DNA of 61,793 nt, the filler included, from Choristocarpus tenellus KU-1152 (lineage: Eukaryota > Protista > Phaeophyceae), in assembly GCA_964200185.2 (NCBI GenBank). It is 5 parts of 5 records of this genome, joined end to end, with 100 filler letters (N's around TTAATTAATTAA, not from the genome) between each part and the next. Parts side by side here need not be neighbours in the genome. Positions count along the whole stretch, not along the records: positions 38,657 to 55,314 come from CAXNAD020000797.1; positions 55,415 to 59,062 come from CAXNAD020018748.1; positions 59,163 to 61,793 come from CAXNAD020026121.1; 2 more parts are not named here. One strand, 5' to 3'. Position 1 is the first letter of the stretch; every line of letters begins with the position of its first letter. The position numbers and the translations under genes were made by a program. Of this stretch, positions 52,276 to 61,793 are shown piece after piece. Under the pieces are notes generated by a model, which did no database searches, had not been told where the DNA came from, and saw only the letters and a program-made list of their open reading frames with translations.

Positions 52276-55023
52276 TCATTTGCAAGAAGGATATGTATGG
52301 ACATGTATACCCCACAATTTATCAAAGAACCCTGACCAACCTTTCGTCTGTCTGGCAAGCATTCCCTGTTCACTAAGTTTGACCCCTATTTCCTCACGTA
52401 CTTCACAACTATAGCGTTTTTTTCGCAATTGCAATTTAACTCTCCAAGGAGAAGCATACCTGCACACAATGCCACAAAGAAAAAACTTTCTCAAACACTT
52501 TTGTTGAGGTTAACTTAGCTCCTATGTCCAATAGGAAACCAGGATACGCATGGTTGTGTAGCAAAACCCACCACTATACCCTCATCCCCGCTTGGTGGAT
52601 GACAGGTAGCGATAGTCCTCACCATGCACACACACCATCCCTCTGTACACATGCTATGTCCAGTATGTCCGCCACTAGAAATAAGTAGATGGTTGTTTAT
52701 TGACTACGGTTACATATCATTCGGAGGGAACAATGCGCTGCGGGTGTAGAACCCAAGATGCATTTTTTTTCTGTGGCATACAGATTCTGCTTGCACTGTT
52801 TCGACAAGATTACCTTATATCATGCTCTTTTGAAGGACATTCTTATCCTATATGATGCTTTTTCATACTACTACATAGTATACGAGAAAGAAGACTCCGT
52901 GGTGCCGAACAGTGCACCACTATGTGGACAACTGGTGCATGCTATAATGCAATGACATATTTAATACATTGTGGTACATTCAAATGGGGTTGGCAACTCG
53001 TGTGATCACTATTGTTGTGATTGCCGAAGTATCTTTTCCCCGAGATTTTGAAGTCCCACAAGGTGACCAGTTCGGTAAGGAGTGGATCATGTTTAGGGTC
53101 AGGTTTAGGGAAAAATAATAAAAAAGCGAAAATTTGAGGTATTTCTGAATTTTTACATGTTAAGGCTTAGAGTCGAAAAAGAAGGAGGGCATAGATTCTT
53201 TCAAACATTTTTTCCCCAGGGATCTACTTGATGAGATGGTAGCGGCGGCAAACAATTGCATTAAACTTGATAGGCTGTCGTGCAAATGCTGCTGACATTC
53301 AGTCCATGCTAGGCATTCTGCTTGGGATGACAGTGATTTCAGGCTTTGATGGGAGACAGAGAGGTTATTATTGGGTAAAGGAGAAGACTGCATCCCATCT
53401 ACGGACGGGTTCAACCATTTAATGACTTACTCTCAGTTCAGGAACCTCCTTTAGACATTTTCATTGAATGCTGATAATGTGGGAGATGGGGATGGTAGGG
53501 TTGGATACCTGTAGGGCCAAGATATGTGGTCTGAAGTGGAGGGCTTCATCACTGCTCCGGGGGAAGTATTGTTACAGGCAATTAGCGTATATATTACTTC
53601 TCGTGCTCTATCCAGTGCGATCAGCCAGTATGTGCACTGACAGCCCAAGACGGGAATGTTCCAGTCACTGTAGTTACCCTATACAATCTGCTTAAGGTCT
53701 CTTTTTTTTCACTTGTATGACGGCTTCTGAAAACTTGACTTTTCATACTACATTTGAGGTCCTGACAGTGTCGAATAACCTGGTGTTATCCTTACGTTGT
53801 GTGTGCTGACACAACTATATAACATAGTTTCATGTACCTTTATCTTTAGTTCAGTAGAACACAACGTAGTAACGCACATAGCGGTATGATGGGTCAGTCT
53901 TTGATCATACGTCAGAGATAATTGATGGCTAAGACAAAGACCCAGTGGATAGTTAATATTCAGTGTATGTTTTACCATATAACTCAACCAGCAGCTTTGG
54001 GCAATGACCCTTACATGCGCCAAGCTTTTCAACAGACAATAACTCAATTGTAATCAGTCTTTCAGTTGCACACTTAACTTGAGAATAACTTTAACTTTTG
54101 TCTAACAGTCTGATAAGTACCAATCTTCGTTGGTTATCAGATATTGACACGCCATGAAGTGTTGTCTTCGAGGTTCATCATCAGCCAACAGGCTTGTGGA
54201 TAGGAGCTACACATCCCATCAAGGTAAGGCGCTAGGTTCGTTTCGTAATATTGAAGCCCTAACTTGTCAGAACAATAATGGTGAGAATTATCAGCTCTCC
54301 ACATGGACTTTTGATAGCTCCTTGACACGACTTAGATTCATCCTTTATTGTTTTGTTGTCTCCTTGACACGACTTGGAATCATCCTTCACATAGTCTTGT
54401 TAGCTCATTGAGGCATCCTGCCTGGGTGGACTCATCGTCCTTCATGGGACTGTAGAGTTCTATGTACATGTGGTCTGTGTTCAACTAATACTGGGAATCT
54501 CATATCCACTTCCCTCCCACCGTGGGGAAAGGGTCTGCACTGTGGCATTTGTAGCTCAAACGCCACATCCACAGGTTGGGAATGTCCTTGCGACCATGCG
54601 TGAAGGCATTCATTCATGGTTGCATTGATGAATTCTGAGACACTAGCTCTCCAGACCATGGCTTCAGGGTCTCTCTGCAACGAGGGAAGACCTTGGATCC
54701 TTCACAAGAGAACTTCGGCCACCATACTGCGCGCAAAGCGCTTACCAAGTTTCGTATAGTAGGTTTTGACCTTGATCGCGCACTCACACTCACTGTTCGT
54801 TTCTGCTCTCACTGTCTATTCGCTCCCTCCAGGATTGAGATTACTATTCTCTAGGTTTTACCAATTCTCTACACATCGAGGTGGGTGAAACTTGTCCACG
54901 ACATTCGGACCTACCATCTGTGACCAGATAACCAACAAAAGTAACCGTAAGATGTTCTTGGACGAGAATAGGATATAGGGCCAGGTCACATGTTTAATGT
55001 GGGGACTAGATGTCTCTGCCTAA

Positions 55024-55314
55024 GAGTGAAACTATCTTAGAGGGTACGAATTTTTCCCTGTTTGTCCATTTGTGGTGCTTGGCTTCCCATGGGTTTTTTA
55101 TGACATTTTCCGACTCCAAAATATATTGGAGTAGGCAAAATGTATACATTTGTGGGGCTTGGCTTCCCATGGGTTTTTTAATAACATTTTGGAGTCGGAA
55201 AATGTTTCGGAGTAGGTAAAATGTATACATTTGTGGGGCTTGGCTTCCCATGGGTTTTTTAATGACATTTTACGACTCCAAAATGTTTCGGAGTAGGTAA
55301 AATGTGTACGTTAT
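55024..55314 (-). mobile_element. MITE family A copy with internal ~80-bp triplication, cut by contig end
   Basis: One TIR at 55024; units starting catttgtgg at 55067, 55147 and 55228. Confidence 0.85.
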
Positions 55315-55414
55315 NNNNNNNNNNNNNNNNNNNNNNNNNNNNNNNNNNNNNNNNNNNNTTAATTAATTAANNNNNNNNNNNNNNNNNNNNNNNNNNNNNN
55401 NNNNNNNNNNNNNN
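55315..55414. other. Artificial contig linker
   Basis: N44-TTAATTAATTAA-N44. Confidence 0.97.
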
Positions 55415-56001
55415 GAAACCACGCAGGTAAGATCAGCTTTGATCTGCCACTTCAGAGGGCCCAGATTGCCCACCTGATAAGGACCTGGCAGGGGAAGCCA
55501 ACCAGCCACTGTTCCAGTCTCTGGAATGCTAGGCCAGTCCCAGATGTGCCTTGCCCTCCATCCTGAATGGTTGACGATCGATCCACCTTCCAGAACAGGT
55601 GAAGGGGTGGGGAAGGTAGTAAGGTACATTGTTGCGTATTTCAGCAAGCCGTAGAACTCATCAGTGACAGTCTTTGGTCCTACCCCCTGCCAATACACAC
55701 ACTGGGCCAAGGGTAGGTGTTCTGACTACCTACCAGCAAAGACTGGGACACCCGACAAGTAGCATTTCACACCAATGAGACGACTAAAGTGCAAACACAC
55801 ATATTTTCCACCACCCAAAAAAAATTGGGATAAAATTTTCAGATTTTATTGTTCGTAGAACACATTTTACCCGCAAAATCACATGACTACTCACTAATTT
55901 TTACTCTTTCAACATTGAAAACAGCAAACTTGAGGAAGTATTTCAAAATGTGTTGCAGTGGGTTGTTTCACAACTTGCAGAGAAATGGACACGAGTTCAT
56001 G

Positions 56002-56269
56002 GACCCAAGGCATTCAGGAGGGTAAGGCCGCGTCCGTTCAGGGTCAAAAATCCAATGTTGAGATTTTTATTTATTTTGGTCATCGTGTTTGTTAGCAAGT
56101 ATCAATATCCTTGCTGGGGACACACCTTTCATAGTCATACTCCGGAATGTTTCGGAGTAGGTAACTGTGTTCACACAGAAAACCGAAAAAGGACATAAAA
56201 AAGTTATGGGAAGCTAAGCCCAGAACAGACAAACAGGGGTAACTCCTACCCCCTTAAATGCTTTGGGTC
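56002..56269 (+). mobile_element. Divergent MITE family A relative
   Basis: gacccaaggcattcaggagggta ... tacccccttaaatgctttgggtc; interior colinear with family A (ccgcgtcc, aatccaatgttg, tcaatatccttg, tactcc..ggagtagg). Confidence 0.75.
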
Positions 56270-57066
56270 ATGAACACACAAGTATGTGTAGATGCTCCAA
56301 AACGTATATAGAGTATACATTAATACTAACCAGCACAAGCAGCCAGAGAGTTGAGTACTTCAGTGTCTGCAGTGTCAGTGTCCTTAGCCTTTCTTTTGCT
56401 TCTGACACCCTGGTCTCCAGGTGGGGATCATCTGAACCCTCACCATCCTCACTTGTTGCAATAGGATCTTGTGCCCGCTCATCCATGACTACCACAGCAG
56501 ACCTCAATTTGAAGTGCAAGGAAATTAGAAGAATGACTCAGCCAATGCAACATATAGCGTAAATACGTTTGGAATAGTCCTTGTTGTGCACAGTTTGAGG
56601 GATGGGATGTTGTGCCATCTTGCTTTTGTTCAAACGCATACAAAGAGGGAAGCTTTATGATTGTCCCATGGTTATCAGAGGAAATTGGTGAGTTTGCCAG
56701 GATATGCCTTCGAATGTCACTCCACAATACTTCACACTGGATGTGTCAGAGCTTTCAGGGCAGTAGACTCTTTCCTGGTGGATTGTGGCTGACCACAGGA
56801 ATAACCCAGATGTATTTCATGACGATATGCAGGGTCTCTGCATTGGATATAAGCAGTTCATCAAAAGTCCTGTTCCATGCCCAACAACCAGTCCTGCTGC
56901 GTTAAGGTGGACTACCTAACAACCAACGAGGAGATCTTCTTTTGAAGCAGTAAGGAACGATCAATAAAGTCGTTGGGGCTGGGTACAGACGTTCTGCTGA
57001 AACCACATGTGTGATGCTGAGACTCTGAAGGTCGTCATTAATAGTCCTGGGACTGGTAACACTTAC

Positions 57067-57565
57067 CTTGAGCAGCCACTACCCAATGGTAGGCAAACGG
57101 TTTTTCCCTCCTCCTTTGTTGATACACCACATATAGAGAATAGTTATGTCCCTTACATTCAACTCCTACAAAACACAAATGAAGAACGTATGATCAGAAT
57201 AAAAACAGTGGGACAAGGCATTGAAAAATGTGTCCAGACTTGATGCATGTGTTAGAACATTCCTTCCCAATTCAGAGCCATCCATGTAGAGGAGAGTCTA
57301 TCTAGCTACATTTGAGATATATATTTTTTCCCTCCTAACTTACACCCCATTCCAATATACCTAACCCCCCTAGAAAGCTACAGTTATAGATGAGTAGACA
57401 AATATTTGTCAATTCGAGGCCAAAAACGTACTCCAGGGTGGTAGAATCACACGTACCAGAATGAAGGCACAAGGCCCCCACGTACTCAATGAGACCCTCC
57501 TTTAGGATAGGATAGCTCCCAGTACTCTGGGGTGATTCAGATGAGAAGGCTCCACCATTGCTACT
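57067..57565 (-). CDS. Two putative internal exons of an unidentified gene (5' boundary of the first uncertain)
   Basis: ...PILKEGLIEYVGALCLHS G|gtacgt (exon end 57457) joins in phase to exon 57067-57165 (ttttgtag|...CAA G|gtaagt): VECKGHNYSLYVVYQQRRREKPFAYHWVVAAQ. Confidence 0.4.
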
Positions 57566-57663
57566 TTCACTGACACTTATTGGACATATTTTCAAAGATT
57601 ACTTTACAGACACGAATATCAAATATTCAGTTGGAAGCGTGAAGCTTTGCTGAAATGAAGAAA

Positions 57664-57922
57664 GAGTGAAAGTATCTTAGAGGGTACGAGTTTTGCCCTG
57701 TTTGTCCGTTTGGGGCTTGGCTTCCTATGGGGTTTTTGTGATATTTTTCCTACTCCGAAATGTTTCGGAGTAGGTAATATGTGTATGTTATGAAATGGTG
57801 TGTCCGGAACAAGGATACTGACACTTCCTAACAAATACGACGGATAAAATTACATGGAAATTGCAACATTGGATTTCGGCCCCCGAATGGACGCGGCCCT
57901 ACCCTCTAAGATACTTTGACTC
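57664..57922 (-). mobile_element. MITE family A copy, 259 bp, TSD GAAA
   Basis: gaaa|gagtgaaagtatcttagagggta ... taccctctaagatactttgactc|gaaa; perfect internal IR cctactccgaaa-tg-tttcggagtagg. Confidence 0.92.
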
Positions 57923-59035
57923 GAAACTTATGAAAGAGTAAAGCTGTCATTGCAAAGAACATACAACCAATCGATTCCCCTGCATCCTCCTGCTCCTCCC
58001 ATTTCTTTCCCACATCAGGTAGTCAGCCCTATTCGCTTGCCATGATTTGTTCGAATACCACTCATCTACTTAGATGTTACATATTTGATTTAAACATTTC
58101 ACAATATGAAAACATCACTCTTATATTATTTCAGAGAACAGGTGTCGAACAACGCAGGGCGGCATCTGCTTGACATGACATGAGACCAAACTACTCAGAG
58201 TGCATTAAAAAAAGTGGTTTAGGGAGACAGTGGTGAAGGAGGGACTGTGAGCACCTGCAACCAACGACCAGGTCCACTGGAGGATCTACCACCAGTTCAA
58301 GGAGACGGCACTCTGAAGCATTTCCCTTCCCTCCAAAGGTGGTGCATCCCTCCATATTGAGTCGTTGTTGCGGATTGAAGGTGGCCTCCCCATGCCTCAG
58401 GGCAAGGACTGCAACCCCTGCCCGAGCCACAAAATCCTCGGAAACGACAATGACCAGATCAGGATGAAGGCACGCTGTCTAGAGTTGGGGGACAGTTGAG
58501 GGAGATGATGAAACTTTTAGGTTTGTTGAACCGGAGATGCCTACGTCTATGTCTACTGAGGCACAGGCGAGAATGCTTGCGCTTTGTTTTGGAGATCATG
58601 GATGTATATTATACGTAGTATATATACTATGATGAATTATCAGGAAGGGCATGTTTGAGTAGAGAAATTGATTGTCTTGTTGTTAGTGTATCCTTTTCTT
58701 CCATGCTTCTCAAAATCTGATTTAAAAAATCTAAGATGTGAAAATAATATATAATTGTCAAATACAGTGGCTTACCCGATTTTGGGCCAAATATTATTAA
58801 CCAAAGTTATTTTGTACCTCTTTTTCGACATGCTCAAAAACATAGGATTTTGCACCGGAATTCTCGTATTCGGGCGATTTGGAACAAAATCCCAGAGATA
58901 TTCACGCGAGAGTGGCGCGTGGGCAAAAATTTATCGCAAAAAGTGCCCTTCTTCCTGGGTCATGCTACCATACAGCAGTACAATACGTTGCTGGTAGGGG
59001 TATAAAGTGGAAGCCATGCCTTGCGCAGCGGGAAA

Positions 59036-59062
59036 GGGTCAAAGTATCTGGGGGGGCGGTGC
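59036..59062 (+). mobile_element. MITE family B terminus at contig end
   Basis: gggtcaaagtatctggggggg. Confidence 0.55.
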
Positions 59063-59162
59063 NNNNNNNNNNNNNNNNNNNNNNNNNNNNNNNNNNNNNN
59101 NNNNNNTTAATTAATTAANNNNNNNNNNNNNNNNNNNNNNNNNNNNNNNNNNNNNNNNNNNN
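59063..59162. other. Artificial contig linker
   Basis: N44-TTAATTAATTAA-N44. Confidence 0.97.
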
Positions 59163-59401
59163 CCCTTCTTCCCCCTCCCTCCCTCCCTTCTTCTTTTCTT
59201 TTTTCTTTTTCCCCCCTTTTTTTTTTTTCTCCCCCCCCCCCCCCCCCCCCCCCCCCACTGAGTTTTTGTCCAGCCTAATGTAAGTGTTGATAGTGATGGT
59301 ACATCTGTATTTGTTTCTTCTCCACTTCGAAGGCGTGTCATGTTGATGATTGGCGCCTTCCATCATATTCATGGATATTGTAGTATCAGTGGTTGGACTG
59401 C

Positions 59402-59525
59402 GTTTGTACCATGCTATTATGGTTCTGTACTGTACAATTATGGTTCTATATTGTACTGCTATGATTCTGTACCATACCTCTATGGTTCTGTACTGTACTA
59501 TGATGGTACAGTACCATGCTACAGT
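59402..59525 (+). repeat. Degenerate 21-bp tandem repeat (~5-6 units)
   Basis: tctgtactgtacaattatggt / tctatattgtactgctatgat / tctgtaccatacctctatggt / tctgtactgtactatgatggt. Confidence 0.8.
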
Positions 59526-59590
59526 ATTATAGAGTTTGAAGTGTTCTTATTTCAAGTACCATTTTTTTTGTCCTATTTGTGATGTGGCAG

Positions 59591-60225
59591 CACCTGAAAG
59601 AGGTATGGCAGAAGGCGCCCTACCCTGACTGTAGTGAGCAGGATGCACATAGAGCCAGTCCTGAGACCAAGACAAATTTTGAGGAGGTGACCAGACTCTC
59701 AGACGGCACAGAGGTTCACTTACTCCCTTGTGTGGATGGCATGTTTCACCCTGTACCATCCTTTTACACAAATTTTGAGGTGGTCAGCTTGAAGGTAAGA
59801 TGATGAGGATGTGGATGGGAATGGTGGTCTGTGTGTATAGTACATGTATAGTATACAATTGATATAGTATTATAGATACCGGGCTGCAACAGTACTGGCA
59901 TGTGCTTGAATGGTGGTCTGTGTGTATAGTATATGTATAGTGTGCAATCAATATCGTAATTGATATCGTAATTGATATCGTAATACAAGTTTTACAGAGC
60001 TGCGATGGTATTGACATTTAATTGGGGTGATGTTATCGGGATTAATCTTTTAGATTGGGTTCACAGTTCACCTGGCAGTGGTACAATATGACTCCCGAGA
60101 AATCTATTGAGATGTCATGTTGAATTAATTTTGTATTCTTTGGGAGTAAATCCATAGAGTCAATACCACTCCAGTGATATCAATTTTTTTCTTGACAGAA
60201 TTCCAGAACTTTCTGAATCGGTCAG

Positions 60226-60271
<46 letters not shown>

Positions 60272-60903
60272 CTCCTCCTTTCTTCTTTCTCTTTCTTTTT
60301 TGTCTCTTTTTTTTATAACACATAACAAAATACTAACTCCATATTCCTCCACCCCCCCCCCCCCCCCCCCGCCTGGCTACATGTTTGTATTGTATTTTTT
60401 TTTAAAGGGACGGATCACTTCCCTTTTTTTCTGTGGAGATGATACTGTTTGGGTTAGGGTTAGGGTTCTTAGGATAAGAATAGGTGTTCTGCCTCTGTGA
60501 CAGTTTTGGGGATGGGTAAGCAAGCAAACTTTGGTGGGTGACACATGAATATGTAGGCTTGGTCTTTTCCATAAAAAAAAATATAGATGTAAGAAAAGGG
60601 CAATGTATACGTTTTATTGTATTCCCTTGGCAGATATTGGAATCACTCTTTCTCTTCCCCTTTGGTTTCATCCATCTGCTTGCTAGATTTTTTATCACAC
60701 AGACGCATACCACCTCCCTACAATAACCCTGCACTTGGTTTTGCTATTGCTGCTTGATGTGGCAGATGATTAGATCCGAGGAGTACATGGAGTGGTTCGA
60801 TGCAGTGGACCGTTCTGGGAACATTTTTCTACATCGTTGGGGTGATGCCCCTGTGCGTTTCCTTGGTCTTGCCTTGTTTGTTGCAGCCGACAAGATGGCC
60901 AAG
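59591..60903 (+). CDS. Glycosyltransferase family 15 (KRE2/MNT1-type alpha-1,2-mannosyltransferase-like), two internal exons
   Basis: Exons 59591-59794 and 60766-60903 join to give FYTNFEVVSLKMIRSEEYMEWFDAVDRSGNIFLHRWGDAPVRFLGLALF, the GT15 NFE...RS..Y...F...D...RWGDAP signature. Confidence 0.85.
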
Positions 60904-61747
60904 GTAAATGGTTGTCACCATCAGTAGGATGGGGGGTTAAGACCAAGAGGAACGTGGGAGGAAAGGTTGCCATATGTTTTCACATTTTTCACTTTTTTCA
61001 TTTTTCCGAGGTTATTGGCTGGGTTGGGGAAGAGGGGTCCGAGTTCCATTTTTGTTTGCCTGTAACTTCTTCATCACAACAGAAGTGACTGCATGTGCTC
61101 TGTGTGTATGTGTGTATTGTGTATATGTTTGTGTGTGTGTGTGTGTCCAGGCACTGGTTTACTATAGATTTAAGAGTATGGACGTTAAATGTATTTTCGT
61201 TTATACGTTGTATTTTTTTCATATTTTTGGCTGTTACTTATCTCAGCTAGGCTGCTGGTAACGACTGACACTCTTTTTTGTGTGGAAAGATTATGCACTC
61301 TCAGGTGGGAGAAGCGATAACACATAAGCAGTAGATATCACTCTGTGGTCAGGAATAAGGTTAGGGTTAGCATTACCTTAGCTCTTGGCCTGGTGTGAAT
61401 GACGCTTGAGTGATGATATGCTCATTTTTAGCAAAGGGCGTCTGGTATGATCCGCATGGCATTCAAAAGGTTTACTGATAGGCAGTATCTAGTGGTAGGA
61501 GGAGTGATAAAAAGGACACACAGTAGTAGTGGATGCCATTATCCCAAATTGTTTCACCATCTTGTGTACCCAATGTTAGAAGGGTGCGGATCATCAGTGG
61601 TTTTGATTGGCCCCTTTATACTTTGCCTACTCTTTCGTTATTTGTGAACGACTGCAACCTATGCTTTGGTGGGAGGGGGAGGGGGGAGAGGAAGGGGAGG
61701 TTGTGTGTATAATTTCCACGCTTTCTGGACTTCCAAGTTGTGGTGAT

Positions 61748-61793
61748 AACAGCCGATTTCAAAAATTGAGGATGGAGCTTTTCATTGAGGATG
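61748..61793 (-). repeat. Inverted copy of 18-63
   Basis: 44/46 identity. Confidence 0.85.

Noticed and set aside
56270-56900. Coding-like stretches here and at 46900-47600, 54400-54950, 55415-55710 and 58140-58620 as genes or named TEs
   Set aside because: Interrupted or unassignable frames with no motif I can recognise; possibly old TE debris.
59111-60500. Poly-Gly/Lys/Pro ORFs
   Set aside because: Translations of poly-C/T runs near contig ends or in introns.

Overview
Eukaryotic, intron-rich genomic DNA; gene content and style suggest a stramenopile, probably a brown alga or close relative (inference). The window is five contigs joined by artificial 100-nt linkers (N44-TTAATTAATTAA-N44), so adjacency across linkers is not evidence. 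I assembled genes by hand from splice signals and reading frame: (1) a complete 14-exon minus-strand gene (1157-19933, ~1132 aa) for a signal-peptide + Pmp-type GGA(I/V)/FxxN beta-helix + Cys-rich + multi-TM surface protein; (2) a complete 13-exon NOP58 (26205-35284, -); (3) the 5' part of a head-to-head J-domain gene; (4) the 5' part of a Patched/sterol-sensing-domain gene; (5) two exons of a GT15 mannosyltransferase; and (6) two orphan exons. Mobile DNA includes eight copies of a ~259-bp MITE with GAG...CTC ends and 4-bp TSDs, a related ~180-bp MITE, a decayed plant-mariner-like element with both TIRs, and CRE-like non-LTR relics. The most striking signal is in gene 1. Its beta-helix is built from eight separate exons of exactly 84 nt, all phase 1-1, each encoding one repeat. 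They sit among decayed pseudo-exons, and several flanking introns are mutually homologous. This looks like an exon birth-and-death cassette array that diversifies a putative cell-surface receptor.
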